Of a stretch of 64,000 bases of DNA, positions 20,002-30,221 are shown in pieces. Where the stretch lies: assembly GCA_016839705.1 (NCBI GenBank), contig JAEOTR010000017.1, positions 55,396 through 119,395 on the forward strand. Reading direction: 5' to 3'. Below the pieces are notes generated by a model. It ran no database searches. It saw only the letters and a program-made list of their open reading frames with translations, and was not told the origin of the DNA. Source of the stretch: Promethearchaeota archaeon (GTDB taxonomy: Archaea; Asgardarchaeota; Lokiarchaeia; Sigyniarchaeales; SOKP01). The translations under genes and the position numbers were made by a program. Position 1 is the first letter of the stretch; each line of letters begins with the position of its first letter.

Positions 20002-21039
20002 TCAGTCATTTTCTGTAATTTCAACATCTTTCTTACCTTCTTTATGTACGATAATCGAATGGATGCCAAAAAGTAACGTAAAAAATATAAATATTATCAG
20101 TATAAACACATCTAATCTATCAACAAGAGGGACATCTAATCCCTGGAAATTAGGAAAAACTTTGGTAAATTGAGCAACTAATTTCATTAGAATTACAAAT
20201 ATTGAAATTGTTTCAGCTCTGATGATCTTTAGTTTTTTCTCTAAATACTCTATTTTATCAAAAATAGACCCTATGATATAAATAAATAGAATAAGGTCAA
20301 TTAAAAAGCTGGACCACTCAAATCCTACAGTATCGGGAAATATCGCTTCGGCAATTAAGTCTATTATGATATAGAGAATATAGAAAAAGGTTAAGACAAA
20401 AAATAATGTGATGTAAGCTGCAAACTTTTTTATTACTACTAGTCTAGTTATTACAATTATAATTAAAATAACATTAATCCAAAAAATAATCCGAAAGATA
20501 TCAGCGCTATTTCTGGCTGCTAATTGAAAATGGTTACTTAAAAAATTCCACGTAAAAATGAAAATCAAGCCTGTAAGCAGTCCAAAACTTATAAATTCAA
20601 TAATTCTTGTGTATTTGTTATACTTTTTATTTTTATAGAGTATATCATCAAATTTCGTTGAGGAATCCATACAAAGCTTGAAAGCAAAGAAGGCCGTAAG
20701 GAGTGTATTAGCTATTAAACAAACCAAGGAAAATAAAATAAGAAATCCTCTAAAAATTATTATTGTAGGTATTGAGATGGCGAAAACAATTAAAATGATG
20801 ACATAGGGCAATTTTTCAATTGACTTAAATAAAGAAATCGCAAGCAATAGAAAGTTAAATCCGGCTAATATCCCTATGAATATAAAAAGAAATTGAAAAT
20901 ATTGAGGTGCTGAAGTAAAGGTACGGCCAAATATAATTAAAAACCATGAAATGATAAAAGAAATTAAAATTAATACATAAAGAGGTTTTCTAAAAAATTC
21001 CTTTAGTCCATTTATAAAAGACATAGTATAATTAACCAT
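20002..21039 (-). CDS. Hypothetical polytopic membrane protein
   Basis: 345 aa, about 9-10 hydrophobic segments. Confidence 0.7.
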   Translation of the reverse strand: MVNYTMSFINGLKEFFRKPLYVLILISFIISWFLIIFGRTFTSAPQYFQFLFIFIGILAGFNFLLLAISLFKSIEKLPYVIILIVFAISIPTIIIFRGFLILFSLVCLIANTLLTAFFAFKLCMDSSTKFDDILYKNKKYNKYTRIIEFISFGLLTGLIFIFTWNFLSNHFQLAARNSADIFRIIFWINVILIIIVITRLVVIKKFAAYITLFFVLTFFYILYIIIDLIAEAIFPDTVGFEWSSFLIDLILFIYIIGSIFDKIEYLEKKLKIIRAETISIFVILMKLVAQFTKVFPNFQGLDVPLVDRLDVFILIIFIFFTLLFGIHSIIVHKEGKKDVEITEND

Positions 21040-21122
21040 TCACTTGTTTTAAATTACTTATGGTAAATTTTATAAAAGCTTTTTGGAATTAATAACATGA
21101 AAAAAGGTTAAAACATTCATTT

Positions 21123-22310
21123 TTATCTCCTCATCTGGAGAAATTTTCCTGTTTTTAGTAAATTACACGGTTTTACATAAGTGATATCTGAATCTTCAAC
21201 AAAATCTTCTAACAACCCAATCCATTTATTATAATTTCTTTTTCCTGGCCCAAAAGGTCCTGGTATATTCATACCCGCCATAATTGTGTCATCAATTGTT
21301 TTATACCCCTTTACAGTCCCTTCCTCTAAAAGTTTGCATCCTTCATTCAATTGGATTGCCATAAAAAGCTCAATATTAAAAAGACCGGCTTTTTTTTCTT
21401 TTGATATAATTGGTTTCCCTTGCTTCCACTCAAATAGTCCTCTCCCCGATTTTCTTCCTAGATTCCCTTGCTTGACTAGTCGCGTTAAGGTTTTTCCAGG
21501 AGAAAATTCTGGGGAAAGAACTTCTGCAAAATATTTCATAGTATTATAAACTACATCAAGTCCTAAATAATCCAATTTAGCAAAAGGTCCTATTTCTGCT
21601 ATAAAGTCTGCATCTGCATCTATCTCCTCTAGCGGAATTCCATTTTCAATCGAAAAATCAAGAAGCCATTGTAAATAAATACTTGTTGAGAGCATTAACC
21701 TATTTACAATAAAACCGGGACTTTCCTTATGAAGAACTGGTAAAAAGCGTTTTCCTTGAATTGCAGGAAATCTATTACATACTTCTCTAGTAGTATTTAC
21801 TGTATTATCTGAAGTTTCTGTTCCTCTTATAATTTCAATCAATCGAAGAACAACAATAGGAGTAAAAAAATGACATCCAATGACTTTCTCTGGCTTTCTG
21901 GATGAGGTAGCGATTCCAGTTATGCTCATAGTGGAGGTGTTTGTTGCTAATATTGTATGTTCTGGACTCAATACTCCCAATCTTTTAAAAAGATCCTGTT
22001 TAAGATCCATAATTTCAGGGATTGCCTCGATAACATAATCTGCATGAGAGACTGCTTTCTTCAGATCAGTTTCTTTTATCAGATTTTCTATCAAATTAGG
22101 ATTTGTGTAGGTGGGATTTAATAGACCTTTTTCAGCGAGATTTTTAAGGTTCTTAGTGATTTTTATTGATGCTACTTCTAAGATATCTTCAGTTAAATCA
22201 TGTAAAATCACTTTGTTAAATCCTCCCATTAATGCAACCTGGGCAATTTCATGTCCCATTGTTCCAGCTCCGACAACCGTAATTGTCTTAATATTTTCTA
22301 TATCAACCAT
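21123..22310 (-). CDS. 3-hydroxyacyl-CoA dehydrogenase
   Basis: VGAGTMG, VIEAIPE, ATNTST, GCHFF, PGFIVNR, LGRKSGRG. Confidence 0.92.
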   Translation of the reverse strand: MVDIENIKTITVVGAGTMGHEIAQVALMGGFNKVILHDLTEDILEVASIKITKNLKNLAEKGLLNPTYTNPNLIENLIKETDLKKAVSHADYVIEAIPEIMDLKQDLFKRLGVLSPEHTILATNTSTMSITGIATSSRKPEKVIGCHFFTPIVVLRLIEIIRGTETSDNTVNTTREVCNRFPAIQGKRFLPVLHKESPGFIVNRLMLSTSIYLQWLLDFSIENGIPLEEIDADADFIAEIGPFAKLDYLGLDVVYNTMKYFAEVLSPEFSPGKTLTRLVKQGNLGRKSGRGLFEWKQGKPIISKEKKAGLFNIELFMAIQLNEGCKLLEEGTVKGYKTIDDTIMAGMNIPGPFGPGKRNYNKWIGLLEDFVEDSDITYVKPCNLLKTGKFLQMRR

Positions 22311-22394
22311 AGCACAGAACCTCTTGTTTAATCCAGAATAAACTTGTCTAAGTAGGTAATTAGGATTAATAGTAAAAAAAAATTTATATCTTTA

Positions 22395-23399
22395 TTATAT
22401 TAAAATTGAAATCAAATACCACGAGAGTAGCATTGTTCCGATTCCAAGAAAAATTGATATAGGTAACCCTGGTAATATTTTATTTCTTTTTAATCCGATA
22501 ATTGTAATTCCCGTCCCAATTATTATTGCTACTGAGGTTAATATCATAACAATTAAATTGTTAGTTTGTACAAGAGCGCTTGATGTCAGCATACTATAAA
22601 AAGCTAAATCTCCAATACCGATCTCTAATTTTGAAGTGTCGTATGTAAGTTCTCCTCTTTCAATTTTATCACTGATATCTTTTTCAGAATAAGAATTTCT
22701 TTTGTCATTCGGTTCTGATACGATATCTATTAATTCCTTTATTGGACCATGTTTATATAAAACAGCAAACATATCCCAAAAGGAGATTCCTATTAAAATT
22801 GCCAGTGTAGTCCAAAGTGGCATTAAAACACCCATGGAGGCACCAATTAGAAGTCCAATATATAATACAATGAAATTTTTTACTTTAATTGATTTAGAAG
22901 TGAAATATTTGTAAATTATGAGTACAGTAAACACCACAGTAAAAAATATTAATTCAAAATCAAATAAATAGAATAATCTAGCATTACTGCTAAAAACTAA
23001 AAATAATATAACCTCCCCAAAAAACCAGGTTTGAAAAAATGCTACCATACCAAAACCAGCTCCAAATATATACATTAAGGTACTAATCCCCTTTCTTTTT
23101 ATTACAAAAATAATAATAAATGCTGAAAGAGCAGCTATTGCTGTATAGATTAATCCATTAAGTATTCCACCAACCACTCCGAATTCGCTTTCTGAGATGT
23201 AACCCCCATCTATTTGCACTCCCGCTTCAATATATGTTAAGTATGATAAAATGCCCGCAATTAAAACGACTAAAATAATTGGGATTGGATAAATTCTTCG
23301 TCTAACCCGGTAAGTTGGAAAAAAATGAGGGATAGTATCTTTTTCAACTAGAGTTTGATCATCTTCCAATTTATCTGAGTTTCCATGATTTTCTGTCAT
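22395..23399 (-). CDS. Presenilin-family intramembrane aspartyl protease
   Basis: ISFWDMFAVL..GP (first Asp), IGIGDLAFYS (GxGD), LPGLPISI (PAL variant); about 9 TM segments. Confidence 0.9.
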   Translation of the reverse strand: MTENHGNSDKLEDDQTLVEKDTIPHFFPTYRVRRRIYPIPIILVVLIAGILSYLTYIEAGVQIDGGYISESEFGVVGGILNGLIYTAIAALSAFIIIFVIKRKGISTLMYIFGAGFGMVAFFQTWFFGEVILFLVFSSNARLFYLFDFELIFFTVVFTVLIIYKYFTSKSIKVKNFIVLYIGLLIGASMGVLMPLWTTLAILIGISFWDMFAVLYKHGPIKELIDIVSEPNDKRNSYSEKDISDKIERGELTYDTSKLEIGIGDLAFYSMLTSSALVQTNNLIVMILTSVAIIIGTGITIIGLKRNKILPGLPISIFLGIGTMLLSWYLISILI

Positions 23400-23545
23400 G
23401 ATTTTAAATGTGGTTCTACATAATTTTGGTAATTTATTTTATAATATAATTAATGATTTAAATACCTATTAATAATGAATTTAGACTCATTTAATATTAA
23501 TAGAATACTTATTATAGATAATTTAAATAAAATCTACCGTGATTT

Positions 23546-24292
23546 ATGTCTAAATTCCATAAGATCGAGCATAAAATCAGGAAAAATATTAGGAAATTAA
23601 AGAAATTTGTAACAAGAATTGGCATCTCTTATCCAGAAGCAATCGAATTACTCAACGACGCCCCCGAAAAGCTGGTTTTACCCTGCCATTTGGGAATTTT
23701 TTTTTATGGTGACTTTAATTCTAAATTATTTGAGCAAATTGAGTTTTTCTTAAATGATATTTATGATTCATTCTTTTTCGAAATTAGAAATTTGGGTTGG
23801 TTTAGTTTCTCAAAAGAACTTTATCCGAGAGGTATAAAAAAAGAATTTAAAGAACTAAGAAAATCTAATAGCAAAATAAGTATTCATCCCACAAATAAAT
23901 TTTATCAATTGCTAATAGATAAAAGAATTGAAGAAAATCTCGGTATGATAATTGCTCTTACAGATCTTCCAATTTATTCAAGTAATGATATAAATATATT
24001 ATTTTTATTTGGGGAAACTAATTTAAAACATCGAACGAGTATAGTTTCTACACTAAAGTTAAAAGAAAGTTTTTACTCTAGAAAACATAATCAAGACCTT
24101 TTTTTTCAGAGATTAATTAAAGAGATTATTCATGAGATTGGTCATATTATATTGGATTCAAATCATTGCAGTGAGAATTCTTGCGTCATGAGATACTCTG
24201 AAACTATTGAAGAAATTGATGAAAAAACATACAAATTCTGCTCAACTTGCCAAAGAAAACTAGATGATGTAAGAAAGTTATTTAATTTCTAA
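23546..24292 (+). CDS. Archaemetzincin-like zinc metalloprotease
   Basis: HEIGH..., HC...CVM (Met-turn), D.K...FC..C. Confidence 0.82.
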   Translation: MSKFHKIEHKIRKNIRKLKKFVTRIGISYPEAIELLNDAPEKLVLPCHLGIFFYGDFNSKLFEQIEFFLNDIYDSFFFEIRNLGWFSFSKELYPRGIKKEFKELRKSNSKISIHPTNKFYQLLIDKRIEENLGMIIALTDLPIYSSNDINILFLFGETNLKHRTSIVSTLKLKESFYSRKHNQDLFFQRLIKEIIHEIGHIILDSNHCSENSCVMRYSETIEEIDEKTYKFCSTCQRKLDDVRKLFNF

Positions 24293-24304
24293 AGAGGATA
24301 AAAA

Positions 24305-25555
24305 TCAAAATTTAACAGTTGGTAATTTATTTATAAATTCTTTCACTAACTTAACTCTTTCCTTCCTTTCTTTTTTGTAATATCTAAGAGGATAAAGTTC
24401 ATTAATAAGAAACTTATAAAGATCTACCCAAATTTTTGCAATAGAGCTAATCCGATAACTCTCAGCAACTTTTCTTGCATTATTTCCCATTTCTATTCGA
24501 AGATCATCATCTTTGAGTAATTTTACAGTTTTTTCCTGGAAATCGCTTAAATCATTACTCAAATATCCCGTATGTCCATGTCTAATTACATCTGAAATTC
24601 CAATACTGTTAGCACCTATGCATGGGGTCCCCTGCGCCATACTTTCTAGTAAAACCAACCCTTCCGCTTCAATCCAAGACCAAAGACAAGAAATATCGGC
24701 AGTATTGTAGAGTTTTAGCAAATCAATAAAAGGCACTTTTCCCAAATATGATACAAAATCACTATAATCCTTCTTTTTAATCAACTTTAAGACATGCGAT
24801 GTTGATGGTCCATCACTCCCAACCAGAACTAAATGTGAGTTTGGTACTTCTTTGTGGATTTTTTTAAATGATTTGATAATACTTAGTTGATGTTTCTCGG
24901 GAGAAAGTCTTGAAGCGTAAAGTAGAATCTTTTTATTATCCAAATTATATTTTTCTCGTATTCCGTTTTCCCTTACATCGGTATAATAACTATCATTAAT
25001 TCCATTTGAAAGACAGATAATTGGTTCCTTAAATCGCTGTTTTCTGAGTAAATTTTTCTTAGATTTTGTTGGTACGGAAACGAGGTCATATTTATCTAAG
25101 ATATGTCTTTCATATCGCCAAACCCAATCCATTCTTGATAATAATTTGCCTACAACAGGAATATATTGTGAAGTGTAAAATGAAAGAGGTGAATTATGGG
25201 TACCGCACATTGGAATTCCAATATATTTAGCCCAATTAATAGCCATTGAACCAAAACTAGCATGGGTGTGGATATGTGCTATATCCAGATAATCATGCTT
25301 ACAAAAAAAATACCTATGTATGGGAACACTGAGAACGAAACCAGTTTTGGGTGAAATTTTTGCACCAAGAAAGTTATGTAAACAGAGGTTTTTAGGTTTG
25401 TTATTTGTTCTTTGAATGCCAGGAGCATAAACATGAACATTATGGTCAGTGTTTTCTGCGATTGATTCTGCAAGATTTCTACATGCAATAGCTGTACCAT
25501 TAACTTGTGAGTACATACTAGTGAAAAATCCAATATCCAACTTCTGCTTTACCAT
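24305..25555 (-). CDS. Glycosyltransferase family 4
   Basis: QVNG, HIHT, SRLSPEK, EAEGLVLLESMAQGTP. Confidence 0.9.
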   Translation of the reverse strand: MVKQKLDIGFFTSMYSQVNGTAIACRNLAESIAENTDHNVHVYAPGIQRTNNKPKNLCLHNFLGAKISPKTGFVLSVPIHRYFFCKHDYLDIAHIHTHASFGSMAINWAKYIGIPMCGTHNSPLSFYTSQYIPVVGKLLSRMDWVWRYERHILDKYDLVSVPTKSKKNLLRKQRFKEPIICLSNGINDSYYTDVRENGIREKYNLDNKKILLYASRLSPEKHQLSIIKSFKKIHKEVPNSHLVLVGSDGPSTSHVLKLIKKKDYSDFVSYLGKVPFIDLLKLYNTADISCLWSWIEAEGLVLLESMAQGTPCIGANSIGISDVIRHGHTGYLSNDLSDFQEKTVKLLKDDDLRIEMGNNARKVAESYRISSIAKIWVDLYKFLINELYPLRYYKKERKERVKLVKEFINKLPTVKF

Positions 25556-26039
25556 AGTGATTAAGAGAGGATAAATTTATAAACTACATAACTTAGTTTT
25601 TTGTTTAAATATACTTTAATAAAATACTCGTTTATATAAATAATTGATTATTAAAAAAAACACCAATTTTTAATAAAGCGATTAATTTACTTCTTTTATT
25701 AAATAGAAGGAATCTCAGATTTAATTTTTCTATTTGGGTTATAGTTTTTTGCTTTTTGGTCTCAATAAAGTCGATATTCTTAGATTAGGATCAATTATTT
25801 AATAAGAAGATCTACTATTCCTCTAATATAATTTAATTAAACATTAAGTTTTTATCCGTTTGAGTTAGTTGGTTTGTTTGGGATTAAGATATCATTCTGG
25901 TATTTGCAGATCTAAAAATAATCATTAATAAGGTTGAGGTTTATCAAAAATAATTTATTTATTTTCATTTTTTTACAATGAATATTTAATAAAAAAGTAA
26001 ATGATAAAATTTTTTTGTTTTAAAAGTTATATCTTAATT

Positions 26040-26222
26040 ATGGATTCAAAAGAAGAGAAAAAAATAATTGAAGAGATCCTAAATCAAAGGAAATTATCAT
26101 ATTCAATAGAAATACTAGATGTTCAAGGAGATAAGTATACTGTTCGCAACAACTTTGGTTCTACGATTGTGTTTAGAAAAATAGACAATTCTTATTTGTT
26201 AGAAGACGAAATAAATAGATAA
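26040..26222 (+). CDS. Small hypothetical protein
   Basis: 60-aa ORF from ATG 26040 with protein-like composition. Confidence 0.55.
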   Translation: MDSKEEKKIIEEILNQRKLSYSIEILDVQGDKYTVRNNFGSTIVFRKIDNSYLLEDEINR

Positions 26223-26499
26223 ATTATTTGGTTGTAGGGGTATTTTATTTTTTATTTAAATGTAGTTATTTTTTACTTTAGTTAAGAATTTAAGATAAAA
26301 ATTTTATACATACATTAAAGAGAAATAAATAAAAATAATAATTAGTTGATTCAAAATTCGAAGAAGAGGAGTAAGTACAGAGAATACAGAGAATAAAATC
26401 ATTGAAAAATTTCGAGCAGTAATCGATGATAATAATTCAGTTTCATTTTATAATAAAAAAAAGAGATCCGTATGTGTCATCAGAAGAGACTTAGCAAAA

Positions 26500-27489
26500 A
26501 TGTATGAAATTGAAGTAGAAGCCTCAGAAGCTCCAGTTTTAAATAAGATATTAAACGATCCTGAACCATATGAAAGCTCTATGGCAGATGTAAAAATTCT
26601 TGAAGAGGAAATATTTCCAATAAACGAGGCATTCCAGAAAGTTTTTGGTGTGGACAAAGAATTTAAATTGAACTCTATAAAATTAGCTATTGGTAGCAAT
26701 TATAATGATTATGTCACTATTGGGGAAAACGACTTAATTCGCTTTGATGTAAAGCCCACACTTACAGGATTAAATACATTTATTGAAGAAAATAAAGAAA
26801 GTATTCTAGGTTTTTTAGACTGTGAATATGTTAGTGAAGAAGGAAATGTTTTCTATTTAAATTGTAGCAAGAAAAATGTTTCTGAAAATATATTTTCCAT
26901 TAAGTTATTAATTCTTGCATCAATGCAACAGAGAGGTTTTTTCCTTCAACAAGAGCATAAGTATTATGGTTTACAACTCTATATTGTTATAGAATCAAGA
27001 CACCCAAATGAAAACAAATTACTTGAATTTCTAAAAGAATTGGGATTTGATTGGGAGTTAATATTCTTTCGAAGGGAATTAGCTATTCATGATTGGACTG
27101 AAATTGAATGTGAGAAAAATTCTGAAAATCTTAAAAGTTTTCTACGAACAAAATATGAAACATTGAATTACTTTGATGTAAATAATATCCTTCGTTTAGT
27201 TGTTAAGAACCAATTACCTTTTAAAGTAGCTGATAAAATGGCATCTTTATTGTATAAAATGAAAAATGAAAGAGTTTCTCGATTTCAAGATCGTCGATAT
27301 CAAGAAAATGCATATCAAGAAGAACAAGTTCAGCAAGATGAGTACTCAATTACTCTTAAAAAAGCTGAAGTTGCTGCTTCTGCTAAACTTGCCTGTGCCT
27401 ATTTAGGAATACAAAAGAAAATTAACTTTGATAGAGATATCTCTATCGAGGAAATTTCGAAGTATGAAGATGAATTAACAAATATATAG
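26500..27489 (+). CDS. Hypothetical protein
   Basis: 329-aa ORF; frame stays open upstream to a TGA at 26347. Confidence 0.7.
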   Translation: MYEIEVEASEAPVLNKILNDPEPYESSMADVKILEEEIFPINEAFQKVFGVDKEFKLNSIKLAIGSNYNDYVTIGENDLIRFDVKPTLTGLNTFIEENKESILGFLDCEYVSEEGNVFYLNCSKKNVSENIFSIKLLILASMQQRGFFLQQEHKYYGLQLYIVIESRHPNENKLLEFLKELGFDWELIFFRRELAIHDWTEIECEKNSENLKSFLRTKYETLNYFDVNNILRLVVKNQLPFKVADKMASLLYKMKNERVSRFQDRRYQENAYQEEQVQQDEYSITLKKAEVAASAKLACAYLGIQKKINFDRDISIEEISKYEDELTNI

Positions 27490-27541
27490 TGTTTTTTAAA
27501 ATCTTCAATTTTAAAAAAAAAAAGAAATTTCCTATTTTTTT

Positions 27542-28537
27542 CTATTCTAATCCATAAGATTGCTTTAATAAAGAATGATTTAGTTTTCCAACAGTTATAC
27601 TTTTTCCAGTTATGGTATTAGTAACTGTATATTTTGCAGGAGCAAATAAGCCTGGATCAATGTCGTAAAAGTTATAATTTGCTTCTTTAAACGTTTCTAT
27701 AAAGGGTTTTCCATAACTGGAAGATGTGTTAGCTGGAGCTTTCTTAATAAGTTCAAATAATTCCCCCTCTTTTTCTTTTTCAACCTCAATTGTATAATAC
27801 GTCATCCCCGCGGCACTAATAGAATCATTTGTGCGACCCATCGCTCCTAAATCATCTTTAGCAATTGGTGCGATTGTTGTGGTTCCAAAACCATCCTTTA
27901 TTATATCAATCGGAAATTTTATTTCATGTAATTTATGGATTCCAGTTTCTACAATTCTGGCAGCCACTTGAATAGAGCCAGTTAAACACGCTGTTGGGGC
28001 ACAAACAGCATAAGTCTTGTTTGTATCAACTCCACATTTTTCTGCCACAAACTCCATTACTTCTTCATTTGGTAATTTGGAGGTTTCAAAAACGATAACA
28101 GCATATTCTGAATTATCAGAATAGTTAATTTCATCAAAAAGTTTCTCGACTCTGCTTTTGGCTCGAGCGGGTCCCGAACCTAATGATTGAAAAATTACTT
28201 TTTTTTTCAATTCCCCATTTTTTTCTACTTCCTTTTTCAATTTTACACTCCATCCTGCTAATTGAGAAGCCATACATGATATTAACGGTTCTGAAGTATA
28301 GACATTAACGCTTGGTATGAAATTATTATCTAAGTTATAATGTGAAAATCTAATAGTCCCTAAACCGCCCATACATATTTCTCCAACTAGTTTTCCGCCT
28401 ATCCATGAAGCTCTTGTTAGATCCAGAACAATGGAGTTATTGCCTAGGGTATGAACCCCAACATTATAAATCTCTTTATGATTAATTATTTTTTCGACAA
28501 TATTTTTAGCAAGTTCGTTAATTTGTACATGATGCAC
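27542..28537 (-). CDS. mch: Methenyltetrahydromethanopterin cyclohydrolase
   Basis: EICMGGLG, CMASQLAGW, GSGPARA, GSIQVAARIVE, AMGRTND, DPGLFAPA. Confidence 0.95.
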   Translation of the reverse strand: MHHVQINELAKNIVEKIINHKEIYNVGVHTLGNNSIVLDLTRASWIGGKLVGEICMGGLGTIRFSHYNLDNNFIPSVNVYTSEPLISCMASQLAGWSVKLKKEVEKNGELKKKVIFQSLGSGPARAKSRVEKLFDEINYSDNSEYAVIVFETSKLPNEEVMEFVAEKCGVDTNKTYAVCAPTACLTGSIQVAARIVETGIHKLHEIKFPIDIIKDGFGTTTIAPIAKDDLGAMGRTNDSISAAGMTYYTIEVEKEKEGELFELIKKAPANTSSSYGKPFIETFKEANYNFYDIDPGLFAPAKYTVTNTITGKSITVGKLNHSLLKQSYGLE

Positions 28538-28661
28538 TTATTTTCACCTTGTTAAATTTACTTTTTTAATTGAGTATTTATTATTATTTTGATATTTTAT
28601 TTTATTATAGTATAGTATATTTTCAATTTTGAATTTATGATTATTTTATTTTATCAAAAAA

Positions 28662-30182
28662 ATGAATGATGAAAATAGCAAATTAGAAAAATTGAATGTT
28701 GATCTTAGAAGGATTAAACATTCATTTTTAAGCTATGTTAAGAATTTAAAAGCTCCTATTCAGGTATATACTCATCTAGATGCTGATGGTATTAGCTCAG
28801 GAGCCATTCTTGGTAAAATGTTATATCGAGAAAACATTCCCTTTCAAATTACTGTACTAAGACAATTAGAAAGAAGGGAAATTGAAAAAATTTCAGATAA
28901 ACTTAAGGATTATAATAATTACTTAATCTTTTCTGATTTTGGAAGTGGTCAATATCAAGAATTACAATCAGAATTGATTCAAAATAGCAATAGCAAGGAC
29001 TTCTTAATTTTAGACCATCATATTCCTCAGAATGTTTCTTCAAAAGAAGATCTTAATTTAATTGAAGAAATCCATGAACTAACAAAAGAGTGGCATATTA
29101 ATCCTTATTTTTTTGGGATTGACGGAAGTTTAGAAATTTCTGGTGCGGGTTTATCTTATTTTTTTGCTAAATGTGTAAATCCCGAAAACATAGATTTATC
29201 TCCCATTGCTTTAATTGGAGCTGTCGGAGACATCCAAAATCAAGGATTAAATAAATCATTTCTCGGAGTAAACAAATTGATTTTAGAAGATGCTATGAAC
29301 TCTGGAAATATTGAAGTTGTAAATGACTTAAATTTTTCAACATTAAAGCCACTAAATGAAGCAATTGCCTATTCAAAAGAAATTAATCTGCCGGGGTTAT
29401 CTAAAGATGTAAATAGAACATTGATTTTTTTAAAGACTAAAGGAATTCTAATGGAAAATTCTGAAGGTAAGGTGAAAACATTGAATGAATTAGATCAAGA
29501 TGAAAAACAAAAGATTTCCTCAGCAATTATTGAATATGCCTCTATAAAGCTAGATCTAGAACCTAAAAAAATCATAAAAAAATTAGTTGTGAATAGATAT
29601 CTCTTAAAAAATGAGTTGATTGGCTCAGAAATTCATGATATTAAAGAGTTTTCCAATCTTCTAAATGCTTGTGGTCGGACTCATAATGCCTCCTTAGGGA
29701 TTGCAATTGCAATGGGAGATAGAAAGGATATTTATCAGCAATCTAAGGATGTGTTAAACTTATACAGAAAATCACTAGTTGAAAGCCTTTCTTGGATTGA
29801 AACCAATGATAAAATCCAACATAAAGAATCAATACAATATTTTTTTGGAGAAGATGTAATACCTGAAAGTATTATAGGTACAATAACTTCTATACTAATT
29901 TTTGAACATGGTAAGGGAGTTGATATTTCAAAACCCATATTTGGATTAGCTAAAAGAAACGATGAGAACGTATATAAGGTTTCAGCAAGAGCGCATGAAA
30001 AAATAGTTAAAGAAGGGGTAAACCTTTCAATAGTCATTAGAAAGGCAAGTAATCTTTCTAATATTGATAGCTTAGGTGGCGGACACCCTCCCGCAGCAGG
30101 AACAAAGATTCCTATTGATAAAGTAGATGAATTTCTAGAAAATTGTAACAAAATAACTCGAAATCAATTACAGAAGGATTAA
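28662..30182 (+). CDS. DHH-family phosphoesterase, RecJ/Cdc45-like
   Basis: HLDADG, SDFG, LDHH, GAVGD, LNACGR, GGGHPPAAG. Confidence 0.9.
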   Translation: MNDENSKLEKLNVDLRRIKHSFLSYVKNLKAPIQVYTHLDADGISSGAILGKMLYRENIPFQITVLRQLERREIEKISDKLKDYNNYLIFSDFGSGQYQELQSELIQNSNSKDFLILDHHIPQNVSSKEDLNLIEEIHELTKEWHINPYFFGIDGSLEISGAGLSYFFAKCVNPENIDLSPIALIGAVGDIQNQGLNKSFLGVNKLILEDAMNSGNIEVVNDLNFSTLKPLNEAIAYSKEINLPGLSKDVNRTLIFLKTKGILMENSEGKVKTLNELDQDEKQKISSAIIEYASIKLDLEPKKIIKKLVVNRYLLKNELIGSEIHDIKEFSNLLNACGRTHNASLGIAIAMGDRKDIYQQSKDVLNLYRKSLVESLSWIETNDKIQHKESIQYFFGEDVIPESIIGTITSILIFEHGKGVDISKPIFGLAKRNDENVYKVSARAHEKIVKEGVNLSIVIRKASNLSNIDSLGGGHPPAAGTKIPIDKVDEFLENCNKITRNQLQKD

Positions 30183-30221
30183 TTTCACATTCTGTTAATC
30201 AAACTGATAAAAGAGATAAAC

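Noticed and set aside
25556-26000. 445-bp gap as a possible pseudogene or ncRNA
   Set aside because: The frames examined are interrupted by stops, with no recognisable motif or stable structure
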